A DNA stretch of 36,474 nucleotides from a virus: positions 1-36,474 of IMG/VR virus record IMGVR_UViG_3300029820_000012; one strand, written 5' to 3'. Position 1 is the stretch's first letter. The number at the start of each line of letters is the position of its first letter. The notes under the pieces were generated by a model. It was not told the DNA's origin, made no database searches, and saw only the letters and a list, made by a program, of their open reading frames with translations. Position numbers and translations under genes: made by a program. This document shows, piece by piece, positions 23,524 to 32,943 of the stretch.

Positions 23524-26478
23524 TTGCCCACCGTGGCCAAAGGCTCGGTGCTGCTGACACCGAAGTTCGACAACCTCACGTCATCGATCAGCCGCCAGCT
23601 CGACGGCGCCTTCGCGGGCAGCTCGGGCATCGGCTCCAGGGCCGGAGCCAAGACGGGCGCGGCCTTCAGCGCCGGCCTCGGGGCGAAGGCCGGCGCCGTC
23701 GCCGGCATCGTCTCGGCAGTCACCGGCAAGGCCTTCACGGCCATCAGCAACTCGCTCGACTCGGCAATCAGCCGCGTCGACACCATGAACAACTTCCCCA
23801 AGGTCATGGCGGGCCTGGGATACGGGGCCGACGCGGCGACCTCGTCCATCGACAAGATGAGCGACCACCTCACCGGGCTGCCCACGCGCCTGGACGCCAT
23901 GACCTCGTCGGTCCAGAAGATCGTGCCGACCGTCAAGGATGTCGGCAAGGCGACCGACATCATGCTCGCCTTCAACGACGCGCTGCTCGCGGGCGGCGCG
24001 TCGACGCAGGTTCAGGAGGCGGCGCTCGAGCAGTTCTGCCAGGTGCTAGCCAAGGGCAAGCCCGAGATGGAGGACTGGCGCTCGATCGTCACGGCGATGC
24101 CGGGCCAGATGGACCAGGTCGCCAAGTCGATGCTCGGGCCGACCGCGAGCACGAACGACCTCTACGACGCGCTCAAGACCGGCAAGGTGAGCGTCGAGGA
24201 CCTCGAGGACGCGTTCATATCCCTCGACAGGAACGGGTACGCGGGCTTCGACTCCTTCGCCCAGCAGGCAAAGACCGGCACGGCGGGCATCGCCACGTCC
24301 GTGGCCAACCTGAGGAACTCCGTGACCAAGGCGGTCGCGGCGTGCATCGATGCCATCGGCGTCGAGAACATCACGGCGCCCATCCAGGCGGCGACCGGGC
24401 TCATCAAGGGCGCGGGCGACATCGCCGCCGGCGCCATCACGTCCGTCAAGGATACCGTGTCCGACGTTGGCGGCTACGTCGAGCGGTTCATCGGCATGCT
24501 CGAGCGCCTCGGCAGGTCCTCGGACAGCTTCTCGACGCTCGCGTATAACGCGGACGTGCTCATGCGGGCGGTCCGCGGCGCCCTCGAGCCCGCGGCGGAT
24601 GCCGTCGGCAGGGTCATAGACCGCGTCTCCGAGCTCGCCGGCCAGACGTTCACCGCCGCCTGGCCGGAGGACCTCGCGCTCGGAGTCAAGGGTGCCGCCG
24701 ACGCGATCAACGGGCTCGTGGACGGGGCCGGGGGCATCGAGGCGGTCTGCTCCACGATCAGGGGCCCCGTCTCCGGGCTCGTGGGCGATTTCGACGGTGC
24801 CGCGAACAGCGTCCTGTCCTTTGTCGACTCCTCGAGCGGGATGTCGGCAATCGCCGATGCGGTCGGCAGGTTCGTAGGCTCTACTGCGGGCCTGGCCGCC
24901 GCCAAGCTCGCCATCTCGGGCGTGACGGGCGGCATCGACAAGTTCAAGACCCTGCAGGCCGCGCTCAAGGGCGTGGCGAAGGTGGCCGGTTCGGGGATCG
25001 GCGAAGTCGGCGCGCTCGCGTCGATGGTTTCCGGTGAGGCGGCTGGCGCCTTCACCTCGGCGTCCGGCCCCGTCCGCGGACTGCTCTCGGCCATCGGCTC
25101 GGGCGCTGGCGCCTTCACGACGCTCGTCGGCCCGATAGCCGTCGTGGTCGCCGCCGTCGCCGCGCTCGCCGCCGGCTTCGGCTACATGATGACGACAAAC
25201 GAGGGCTTCCGCTCGTCGGTCATGTCTGCCGCCTCGGCGGTCGCATCCGGCCTGGCGCCCGCCTTCTCGGCCGTCGCCTCGGCGGTGGCATCGGTCATGC
25301 CGACCCTCGTCTCCGCGTTCGCCGCGGTGGCCTCGGTAGTCACCGGGCAGCTGCTTCCCGCTCTCGGCAACATCGCCCTCGCGCTGCTGCAGCTGCTCGC
25401 CGCCGTCGCCCCCGTCGTCGGGCAGATCATCGCCGCCGTCGCGCCGGTCGCGGCGCAGATAATCCAGCTTCTCGTCCAGGTCGCCGGCGTCATCATGGGC
25501 GTGCTCGTGCTGGCGGTCAACGCCATCGCCGCAGTCGTGCAGGCCGTTTGGCCCGTCGTCCAGGCGGCGTTCACCGTCGCCTGCGCCGCGATCTCGGCGC
25601 TCATCTCGACGGTATGGCCCGCCATCCAGCTGGTCATCACGACCGCGATGCAGGTCATCAGCGCAGTCATCGGCACCGTCCTCGCCGCCATCAACGGCGA
25701 CTGGGAGGGCGTGTGGGCGGGCATCCAGTCGATCGCCGAGATCGTGTGGCACGCCATCCAGACCATCGTCAACGCCGCGATAGGTGTCGTGTCGTCGGTC
25801 ATCAGCTCGGTGCTGGGCACCATCAGCGGCGTCTGGTCGAGCACATGGGGCGCCATCAAGGGCGCGTTCTCCTCCATCTGGGAGGGCATCAAGGGCGCCG
25901 CCCAGAGCGGCATCGACTCCGTCTACACCACGGTCACCGGCATCAAGGACAAGATCACCGGCTTCTTCGCCGGCGCGGGCTCCTGGCTCGTCGAGTCCGG
26001 CAAGGCCATCCTCAACGGCCTCAAGTCCGGCATCGAGAGCGCGGTCGGCGCCGTCACGTCGTCGGTTTCCGGAGCGGTCGAGAGGATCCGCGGCCTGTTC
26101 CCGTTCTCGCCGGCGAAATGGGGCCCGTTCAGCGGCCACGGCTACACGACCTACTCCGGCCGCGCCCTCATGGGCGACTTCGGAGAGAGCATCGTCGCCG
26201 CGTCCGCCGGCACCGCGGCGATGGCGTCCAAGGCGCTCGCCCGCGTGGAGGACGTATTCGACGTCTCCCCGGTCTCGTTCGCGGCGGCCGACGCCGCCGG
26301 CGCGCGGTCGGTGGCGCTCGGCGCGGCCGCCCCCGCCGGCCTCGGCATCGTGGAGCGAGGAGACACCTACTACATCAGCATCGACGGCTCCCTCCTCGAG
26401 GTCGACGAGCGCATCGCGCACGCCCTCAAGGAGCTCATCGCCGAGGTCAAGCGCTCGTCCAGGTCAAGGAGGGGGTAG
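23524..26478 (+). CDS. Tail tape measure protein
   Basis: 984 aa. Central region ...DKMSDHLTGLPTRLDAMTSSVQKIVPTVKDVGKATDIMLAFNDALLAGGAS...LAKGKPEMEDWRSIVTAMPGQ... is the tape-measure core. Ala/Gly-rich helical repeats. TTG start. Confidence 0.85.
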   Translation: MPTVAKGSVLLTPKFDNLTSSISRQLDGAFAGSSGIGSRAGAKTGAAFSAGLGAKAGAVAGIVSAVTGKAFTAISNSLDSAISRVDTMNNFPKVMAGLGYGADAATSSIDKMSDHLTGLPTRLDAMTSSVQKIVPTVKDVGKATDIMLAFNDALLAGGASTQVQEAALEQFCQVLAKGKPEMEDWRSIVTAMPGQMDQVAKSMLGPTASTNDLYDALKTGKVSVEDLEDAFISLDRNGYAGFDSFAQQAKTGTAGIATSVANLRNSVTKAVAACIDAIGVENITAPIQAATGLIKGAGDIAAGAITSVKDTVSDVGGYVERFIGMLERLGRSSDSFSTLAYNADVLMRAVRGALEPAADAVGRVIDRVSELAGQTFTAAWPEDLALGVKGAADAINGLVDGAGGIEAVCSTIRGPVSGLVGDFDGAANSVLSFVDSSSGMSAIADAVGRFVGSTAGLAAAKLAISGVTGGIDKFKTLQAALKGVAKVAGSGIGEVGALASMVSGEAAGAFTSASGPVRGLLSAIGSGAGAFTTLVGPIAVVVAAVAALAAGFGYMMTTNEGFRSSVMSAASAVASGLAPAFSAVASAVASVMPTLVSAFAAVASVVTGQLLPALGNIALALLQLLAAVAPVVGQIIAAVAPVAAQIIQLLVQVAGVIMGVLVLAVNAIAAVVQAVWPVVQAAFTVACAAISALISTVWPAIQLVITTAMQVISAVIGTVLAAINGDWEGVWAGIQSIAEIVWHAIQTIVNAAIGVVSSVISSVLGTISGVWSSTWGAIKGAFSSIWEGIKGAAQSGIDSVYTTVTGIKDKITGFFAGAGSWLVESGKAILNGLKSGIESAVGAVTSSVSGAVERIRGLFPFSPAKWGPFSGHGYTTYSGRALMGDFGESIVAASAGTAAMASKALARVEDVFDVSPVSFAAADAAGARSVALGAAAPAGLGIVERGDTYYISIDGSLLEVDERIAHALKELIAEVKRSSRSRRG

Positions 26479-26481
26479 GGC

Positions 26482-28809
26482 ATGGCATACGCGGAGACAA
26501 AGCGAAACGGCGTAAAGTACTACGGGGTCTCCCTTTCGACCTGGGTCGAGAACATCAGCGACTCGACCGCGCGAATCCACTGGAGCGCCTCGGTCGACTT
26601 CGGACCGTGGAACATGTGGGGCGTCCGCCTCCATGTGTCGGTGGGCGGGGTGGAACGCGCCAGCGGCGCCGGCGTGACGGTCCAGAACTACAAGCAGGCG
26701 GTCAGCCTGAGCGGCTACACAGACGCCGCGCGTAATGATAACGACTACAGCGTCTGGTGCTCCGCCTGGACGTCCAGCGAGACTGTAAACGGGTACGGCG
26801 GAGTCACCGCGACTACCTCGTGCGGTGAGAACGCCGGTATCCCCAAGGTCCCCGCCTACAAGCCAGACGCGCCGACCGACCTCATCGTCACGGAGTCGAC
26901 CGATGGGACGACAGCCCTCGAGTGGGTCAACCACCCGGACGACGGCGCGCGCAAGTACTACGACGGCATCAACGTCTACCGCCATACGGATGACGGGCCG
27001 CCCGAGAACCCCTATAACCAGGCGACGATCTCCAACTGGCGCGACGTGACGACGAGCGCCAACCACTTCTACGACTACGACGTCAGGGCGCGCTGGCGCG
27101 GCGGCACCTCCGAAATGTCGAACAAGGTGCGTGTGTTCAAGACCCCCGCGCCCCCGGCATCCGTCTCGCTCGCGCGCTCCGGTGACGGCGAGGTCTCGCT
27201 GGTCGTGCGGGGTCCCGACATCCCGTCCTGGATAAGCGGCTTCAAGGTCCGCGCGACTTCGGACGGCGGTAAGACCTTCATCTCCCGCAGCCTCGCCGCC
27301 GACAAGCAGGAGCCGGGCGTCTGGTCCATGACCGACCCGGCTGCCATGGCCGGAGAGAGTATCGTCTACGAGGTCTGCACCTACCGCGACAGGCCCGTAG
27401 CGGGCGCCGGCGACACCATATGCTCGGCATGGACGGCGTCCAACGCCGTGGCGACAATCTGTCCGCCGTACGCGCCGGCCGTCTCGGGGCTGGCTCCGGC
27501 CTATCCGACCGGCTCGACAGCGTCTGTGACATGGGTGCGCAGCCACCCGGACGGAACGGCGCAGACCGCGGCGCAGGTCGAGCTGGTCAAGCCTGGCGGC
27601 GCCGTCGCGGTGACCGACATCAACGGCCCCGCCTCGACGGCTCGCCTGAAGCTTCCCGACAAGGGGGCATACCGCCTGCGCGTCCGCACCAAGGGCTCGG
27701 ACCCGTCATGGGGCGCCTGGAGCCAGTACTCGTCGTTCACCGTCGCAGACCCTCCGCAGGCGTTCTTCACCACGCCGGCACAGGACGGCGACACGGTCGT
27801 CGAGCTCCCGCTGCCCATCGCGTGGAGCGTCGCGGACGAGACCGGGGTCGCGTCCCAGCGGCTGAAGGTGACGTCCCCGTCGGGAACGGTGCTGGACGTC
27901 AACGTGGGCGAGTCCGCGCGCTCGCACTCCGTGTCGACGGGGCTGAGCAACAAGACGACCTACACCCTCGAGCTGACCGTCCGCGGCGGCTCAGGGCTCT
28001 CGGCGAGCTTCACCAGGACCGTGGCGACCGACTGGCTCGTCCCCGCCACCCCGATCGTCAACATCGACTACTCGGACGACTACGCCGCGACCGTCACCGT
28101 TCGCGACGGCGTCTCGGAGTACGCGGTCAGCGGCCACAAGCTCCGCGGACCCATGTCGAGAACGGGCCGCGGAACCATCAGGCTCAACGGGGGAGCCTCG
28201 GTCAAGGGGACGAAGCTCCTGCTCCACAGCCTCCCGCCGTGCCAGTCCTTCGACCTCATGCGCGTCCTGCCGGACGGCTCGCGAAGGACGCTCGCGACGG
28301 GCCTCAAGCAGGGACAGAGCGTCATCGACCGGCTGCCGCCGCTCAACGTGGCGTTCACCTACGTCGCGGTCGGGCACGCCGCGAGCGGCACGGTCTCGAC
28401 GACCGAGGTCGAGACATCGTGCCGCTGCCGCGGCTACGCCTTCAACTTCGACGCGGGCGCGACCTCGGTCGTCGCCGGCACCGTCGGGGCGGGCGGGCCG
28501 CCGGGGTACTCGCGCGGGTACGACCACGGGGTCACCCAGTTCCACTTCTTCGGCTCCGCCGGCGGCCTGCCGATGGGCTACCCGTCCAACAAGATCGATA
28601 TTTCGGAGAGCTGGGACTTCGCCGTTCCGGCAGACGAGATCGGACGCGTTGCGGACCTGTTCCGCGACCATCCCCACTGCTGGGCGCGCACCCACGACGG
28701 CGACCGCGCTTTCGTGCAGCTGACGCCGACCATCACGCGCTCGTCCCCGAGGTGGTACAAGGTGAGCCTCGCGACCAAGCGCGAGGTCTGGAGGGAGCCC
28801 AATGCCTAG
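26482..28809 (+). CDS. Distal tail (Dit)-like protein, enlarged (775 aa) with multiple fibronectin-III-like repeats
   Basis: Position after the tape measure gene. Repeated P-x-A-P-T/S...SxxVxW segments. AAGGAGGGGG SD. Confidence 0.5.
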   Translation: MAYAETKRNGVKYYGVSLSTWVENISDSTARIHWSASVDFGPWNMWGVRLHVSVGGVERASGAGVTVQNYKQAVSLSGYTDAARNDNDYSVWCSAWTSSETVNGYGGVTATTSCGENAGIPKVPAYKPDAPTDLIVTESTDGTTALEWVNHPDDGARKYYDGINVYRHTDDGPPENPYNQATISNWRDVTTSANHFYDYDVRARWRGGTSEMSNKVRVFKTPAPPASVSLARSGDGEVSLVVRGPDIPSWISGFKVRATSDGGKTFISRSLAADKQEPGVWSMTDPAAMAGESIVYEVCTYRDRPVAGAGDTICSAWTASNAVATICPPYAPAVSGLAPAYPTGSTASVTWVRSHPDGTAQTAAQVELVKPGGAVAVTDINGPASTARLKLPDKGAYRLRVRTKGSDPSWGAWSQYSSFTVADPPQAFFTTPAQDGDTVVELPLPIAWSVADETGVASQRLKVTSPSGTVLDVNVGESARSHSVSTGLSNKTTYTLELTVRGGSGLSASFTRTVATDWLVPATPIVNIDYSDDYAATVTVRDGVSEYAVSGHKLRGPMSRTGRGTIRLNGGASVKGTKLLLHSLPPCQSFDLMRVLPDGSRRTLATGLKQGQSVIDRLPPLNVAFTYVAVGHAASGTVSTTEVETSCRCRGYAFNFDAGATSVVAGTVGAGGPPGYSRGYDHGVTQFHFFGSAGGLPMGYPSNKIDISESWDFAVPADEIGRVADLFRDHPHCWARTHDGDRAFVQLTPTITRSSPRWYKVSLATKREVWREPNA

Positions 28810-30400
28810 GGACAGCTTCTGGCTCGAGCCCTTCTCGGCCGAGTACCGCTTCGTGCGGGTCGATCTCGCGACCGGGCTGGAGGGCGCCGAGCTCGCCAAC
28901 ATCACAGGCGGGAGCGTGGAGCGCAACCAGGACACGGCTATCTTCGAGCAGGGGAGCGTCAAGTATGTCGGGGCCCTCGACATGGGCACCGACTTGCTGC
29001 GCGTGTACCTCGAGGCATCGTCCCCCTGGACGGGCGAGAGTCGCACGGAGGCACTGGGGACCTTCTACGTCTCCACGCCGAAGGTGAGCGCGGACGGCGC
29101 CGTCATCACCGGCAGTGCCGACATCTACGGCAGGCTCAGGGCGCTCGCCAAGGACGACTTCGACGGGCCGTACGTCATCCCCGCCGGCACCAACATGGTC
29201 GACGCCGCCAGGAAGATCGCGGAGGGCTGCGGCCTCGAGGTCGTCGCGGACGAGAGCGACGCCGCGCTCACCTCGACGTGGGTGTTCGGCATCTCGACGA
29301 CATCGTCCGACGAGGACCGTGCGGACTCCAAGCTTGCGGCCGTCAACCGCCTGCTCGAAGCCGCCGGCTTCCTCGCGGCGCACACCGACCCGTATGGGCG
29401 CGTGCTGTTCCGCCGCTATGTGGAACCCGACCAGAGGCCGATAGCCTTCGATTATATCGAGGGACCGAACTGCCGCATTACGCTCAGGCTCGACTACGAG
29501 CACGACACCTTCAGCGTCGCCAACGTCATCCACGTCGACTTCTCCTCGCAGGACATCTCCGTGCGCGGCACAGCGGTGGATGATGACCCCAACAGCCCGT
29601 ACTCGACCGTGAGCACCGGGCGACGCGAGACCGCGCGATACGACCTGTCCGACCTGCCCACGAGCATCACGGAGGACTCGAACGTCCTCTCCGGCGCCGC
29701 CGAGATGCAGATCGGCTCGGGGACCAAGGAGAGCGGGACCTACCGCCAGAGCGACAGTCACGGCTCCATCTCCACCGTGTACGTGCCTGACTCCCCGCAG
29801 ACCGCCGTCTTCTTCGGCCTCAAGGTCGCGAGCGACGGGGGTCGCATCGGCTTCTGCCAGGACAAGGTCGGCTCCCTCAAGAAGGGCGAGCCGATCACCC
29901 AGAGCCTGTGGATCAAGGGGACGAAGGGTGCCCGCGTGAGCCTGCAGGCGTGGTGGGTGCCGTCCCTGTCGGCAGGGCCGCGCCTGCATTACGAGACGCT
30001 CACCGGCGAGTGGCAGCGCCTCGTCGCGACCGAGACCCCAGCGGACAACTACAGCGACGTCTCGGCGGGCTACGTGTACCTCGAGGCGGGCGGCGAGGCC
30101 GTGGTGGTCGCCGACAAGGTCGAGGAGGGCGTCGCGGCGACGCCCTGGCCGCACGATGCCCTCCAGGCGGCGGCGGACACCAAAGCCGCGACGCTGCTCA
30201 ACGACAGCAGGTCCGTCATCCAGAGGGTGAACTGCTCCTGCATATACGACCAGGTGTCGGTCTACGACGCGGGTAATCTTCGACTGCCGGCGGCGGGCCT
30301 GGACCTCGACCACGTCTGCATCAGGACGCAGACGATTAACTTTGATGACGGGTGCCCGATGGATATCGAGGCCCGCAAGTTCGAGAGGAGCGCCGCATGA
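28802..30400 (+). CDS. Tail-associated (Tal-like) baseplate/minor structural protein
   Basis: 532 aa. Position after the Dit-like gene. Overlapping start. Confidence 0.5.
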   Translation: MPRDSFWLEPFSAEYRFVRVDLATGLEGAELANITGGSVERNQDTAIFEQGSVKYVGALDMGTDLLRVYLEASSPWTGESRTEALGTFYVSTPKVSADGAVITGSADIYGRLRALAKDDFDGPYVIPAGTNMVDAARKIAEGCGLEVVADESDAALTSTWVFGISTTSSDEDRADSKLAAVNRLLEAAGFLAAHTDPYGRVLFRRYVEPDQRPIAFDYIEGPNCRITLRLDYEHDTFSVANVIHVDFSSQDISVRGTAVDDDPNSPYSTVSTGRRETARYDLSDLPTSITEDSNVLSGAAEMQIGSGTKESGTYRQSDSHGSISTVYVPDSPQTAVFFGLKVASDGGRIGFCQDKVGSLKKGEPITQSLWIKGTKGARVSLQAWWVPSLSAGPRLHYETLTGEWQRLVATETPADNYSDVSAGYVYLEAGGEAVVVADKVEEGVAATPWPHDALQAAADTKAATLLNDSRSVIQRVNCSCIYDQVSVYDAGNLRLPAAGLDLDHVCIRTQTINFDDGCPMDIEARKFERSAA

Positions 30401-30630
30401 GCATGGCTTCCGACCTGCTTGAGGCCATCGCGCCGCCGGACAGGCCCACGGCGCAGATCGCCTACGGCTATGTCACGGCGGTGTCGGGCGGCACGCTCTC
30501 GGTACTCGTGCGCGGTGGCGTGGCCGAGGGCGTGCACATGACGACGTCCTGCTCGGCTGCCAAGGTCGGGCAGAGGGTCGTCCTCATCGGGTCGCCGCCC
30601 GTGTGGACGGCGATCGGGGTACTCGCATAG
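30397..30630 (+). CDS. Small structural protein (77 aa)
   Basis: ATGA overlap. Beta-rich sequence. Confidence 0.4.
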   Translation: MSMASDLLEAIAPPDRPTAQIAYGYVTAVSGGTLSVLVRGGVAEGVHMTTSCSAAKVGQRVVLIGSPPVWTAIGVLA

Positions 30631-30659
30631 GAACGTTATCGAGAAAGGAGCTCCCGCCA

Positions 30660-31085
30660 ATGTCTGACAGCACGGGGGACGCTACGTACGAGATCAAGGT
30701 GGCCGACGGCGGCTATATCGACGGCCTCACCGTCACCGGGGACGACGGAACGTCCGCCGACTACACCTTCCGCTATGAGAACGAGGCCGAGCTCGAGGCG
30801 AGCCGAATCGCCGCCGACGAGGCCGCCGCGCGCGCCAACGCCGCCGCTGCGGCGGCGAAGCCGTACTACATCCAGCAGGCGGAGCCCGAGCGCACGAAGC
30901 GCGTCGACGGGATGCTCTGGGTGAAGGTCAACGAGTCGAAGAAGTCGGTCGACGCGCTCGCTCGTTGGGACGCCGGCAAGACGGGCAACGCGATCTTCCC
31001 CGGCGAGCAGACCGTCCCGGGAAACAGGACCGTGGTCGACATCCCCGGTGCGTGGACGCTTTTCGACGACCACAGAATCGCTTAG
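30660..31085 (+). CDS. Hypothetical tail-fibre-associated protein (141 aa)
   Basis: AAAGGAG SD. Ala-rich central coiled coil. Confidence 0.45.
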   Translation: MSDSTGDATYEIKVADGGYIDGLTVTGDDGTSADYTFRYENEAELEASRIAADEAAARANAAAAAAKPYYIQQAEPERTKRVDGMLWVKVNESKKSVDALARWDAGKTGNAIFPGEQTVPGNRTVVDIPGAWTLFDDHRIA

Positions 31086-31097
31086 AGAGGAAAGAAC

Positions 31098-31493
31098 ATG
31101 GCGGGTATCTTCAGCTACGCCAAGACGCTTTGGCAGGACGGCGTCACGGCGATCACCGCTGCGCGACTCAACCACATCGAGCAGGGCATCTCCGATGCCG
31201 CGGACAGCATCAAGACCCTCGGGGATTCCGTATCCCAAATCGGAAACATCGAGTCGAGGCAGGTGTTCTGGCAGTCCCAATCGGAGACCACGGACCTGAT
31301 GCTCAAGAGGACGTGGACCTCCATCAAAACGGTCACGCCCACCATCCTGTGGACCGTGGCCGATTCGAATGGCCAGGCTATGTGCGGAATCGCGTACAAG
31401 CACTCTGACAAATACGGCGCCTTCATCGAGTTCGGGTATTCCCGAGGATTCGCGTCATGGAAGCTGTTAGACGGCTTGTGGATCAAGGAGTAG
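31098..31493 (+). CDS. Tail fibre / receptor-binding protein N-terminal (constant) module; ends at the TAG embedded in repeat R1
   Basis: N-term MAGIFSYAKTLWQDGVTAITAARLNHIEQGI resembles the conserved N-terminus of siphovirus fibre/BppU-type proteins. GAGAGGAAAG SD. GC drops to about 50% from this point. Confidence 0.55.
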   Translation: MAGIFSYAKTLWQDGVTAITAARLNHIEQGISDAADSIKTLGDSVSQIGNIESRQVFWQSQSETTDLMLKRTWTSIKTVTPTILWTVADSNGQAMCGIAYKHSDKYGAFIEFGYSRGFASWKLLDGLWIKE

Positions 31494-31506
31494 CCTTCCG
31501 TATCCC
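31491..31506 (+). repeat. Shufflon-like repeat R1 (TAGCCTTCCGTATCCC)
   Basis: Read directly. Confidence 0.85.
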
Positions 31507-31739
31507 TGCAATGGTGGGGCACATCGGTTTCGTTCAATCTTGAGACGGCAAAGACGTTTGCAATCGTCGTGATCGGCGCGACTGATACCCCGATAAAAGG
31601 CCCGTTCATGGTTTGGTTCAGCTCGGCAAAACCAAGCAGCACGGCGCTGCCAGACGGTGTAACCATCTCCAATGATGGAAGAATGGTCACCGTCTCATAC
31701 CGCAGCGATGTGACATTCGTAGTGCAGAAATATGTCTGC
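31494..31739 (+). other. In-frame fibre-tip cassette 1 (82 codons, open from R1 to the TAG of R2, same frame as the 31098 gene)
   Basis: No stop for 82 codons in the frame set by the repeat. Ends exactly at R2's TAG. Confidence 0.6.
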
Positions 31740-31755
31740 TAGTTTTCCGTATCCC
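31740..31755 (+). repeat. Shufflon-like repeat R2 (TAGTTTTCCGTATCCC)
   Basis: Read directly. 249 bp (83 codons) from R1. Confidence 0.85.
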
Positions 31756-32051
31756 AAGCTCGCGGCGATTGTTATTCGAGCGACATGAATGACATCACCA
31801 AACCAGGAACATACCGTGTCGGAAATAGCGTCACGCTGAATAAGCCGCCTAATGCATACGGATGGGGCTTCTTGCTGGTGTTCACACCCAGCGACAACTA
31901 CGCAGTGCAGGTCTATGTCCCGGAAGGCATAACTGGAAATTTATATTGGCGCAGTATTTGGAGAGGGGATGCCGATCAATGGAGTGTCGTCAAAGGCAAC
32001 GTACTGGCTTCAGCCGACTCGTCCGACCAGACGGACGCAGAGCTTAGCTAG
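31743..32051 (+). other. In-frame cassette 2 (102 codons from R2; contains the ATG-initiated 88-aa track ORF 31785-32051); ends at TAG 32049-32051
   Basis: Open in frame 0 from R2. Convergent with minus-strand cassette 3 at the junction TAGgCTA. Confidence 0.55.
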
Positions 32052-32055
32052 GCTA

Positions 32056-32244
32056 CCTCGACAGCGCGACCTTTGTTGATGCACCAGTCGCGCTGTTCGT
32101 GTAGCTGAACTTGTCGGCAGAAAAACCGAGCGTCACGACCGAATCGTCGGACATCGTAACCTCGACGATCACATCGGTCGTGTTGTTGTTCGACTGCCTG
32201 AAGCGCACGTTTTTCACTATAGCAGTCACGTATTTATCGCAACG
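32056..32244 (-). other. Minus-strand cassette 3 (63 codons from R3 to the junction stop)
   Basis: Open in the SVS frame of R3. Confidence 0.55.
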
Positions 32245-32259
32245 GGATACGGAATGCTA
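32244..32259 (-). repeat. Repeat R3 (minus orientation: TAGCATTCCGTATCCC)
   Basis: Read directly. Confidence 0.85.
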
Positions 32260-32448
32260 TTTAGTCCAGAGCGTCTTGAGATTTCCAGTAGACCCGTACT
32301 GCAATTTGATGCCTTCTGCTTTCGAGATGGTGACGTAAAGCGATTTGCCGTCCTTTAAACAGAATTGCACTTGGATATAAGTGTCCTCGCCCGATCCCCA
32401 CGAGCCACACGAGATGGAGATGACGTCTCCCCAGAAGGTCGGCACTCG
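32260..32448 (-). other. Minus-strand cassette 4 (63 codons, R4 to TAG of R3; track ORF 32257-32445)
   Basis: Open. Ends at R3's TAG. Confidence 0.55.
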
Positions 32449-32463
32449 GGATACGGAATGCTA
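32448..32463 (-). repeat. Repeat R4 (TAGCATTCCGTATCCC)
   Basis: Read directly. 204 bp from R3. Confidence 0.85.
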
Positions 32464-32646
32464 TGCGCTGTAGATATCCGTGTGCGTTTCGCCAACGCGC
32501 TTGTACACGTTTATCTTCTTGGATGATGCCTTCTCGGTTGGGAACGATGCTATGTACTCACCATCGCTGCATTTGAAGACAATGCCAAAGTCATCGTTTG
32601 TAATTGACAAAGAGACAACTTCCGCCTTGTTTATTAGCTTAACCCG
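32464..32646 (-). other. Minus-strand cassette 5 (61 codons, R5 to TAG of R4; no internal ATG)
   Basis: Open. No methionine codon in frame. Confidence 0.55.
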
Positions 32647-32661
32647 GGATACGGAAAACTA
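32646..32661 (-). repeat. Repeat R5 (TAGTTTTCCGTATCCC)
   Basis: Read directly. 198 bp from R4. Confidence 0.85.
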
Positions 32662-32931
32662 TGCAACCGATACGGAGCATACGTCACCAATCGGTGTCAT
32701 GACTAATCCTGAAGACCAGTTTGTAGTTTTTATTACGGCAGTCTTATTGTTCGGGAATGTGATGTTAAGGCTCTGACCTGCAAGAATCTTACTCGTCGAG
32801 TCCATACAATTCAGGAATATGGCGCTCGGGGCGCCGTTGTTGTCGATAATCAGGAGTGCCGACGAATGGTTGGCGGATTCAAACGAAATCGTCACGCTGC
32901 TTTTGTCGCCTACGGTAAACGTTTTCAACGG
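32662..32931 (-). other. Minus-strand cassette 6 (90 codons, R6 to TAG of R5; part of track ORF 32659-32985)
   Basis: Open. Upstream open frame is antisense to the recombinase 3' end and starts only at a TTG. Confidence 0.5.
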
Positions 32932-32943
32932 GGATACGGAATC
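32931..32943 (-). repeat. Repeat R6, terminal variant (GGTGATTCCGTATCCC; no TAG), abutting the recombinase stop codon
   Basis: Read directly. 285 bp from R5. Confidence 0.8.

Noticed and set aside
24046-26421. 791-aa minus ORF antisense to the tape measure gene, and 25548-26735 / 25784-26515 plus alternates
   Set aside because: Low-complexity Arg/Asp/Gly translations of a confidently assigned tape measure gene.
27991-30313. 351-aa and 526-aa minus ORFs, and 27420-29087 plus ORF, over the Dit/Tal genes
   Set aside because: Same high-GC antisense artefact. No motifs, no RBS.
31115-31690. 191-aa minus ORF antisense to the fibre N-terminal gene and cassette 1
   Set aside because: Antisense to frames that are constrained by the repeat phasing. 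No RBS. Likely spurious in the lower-GC region.
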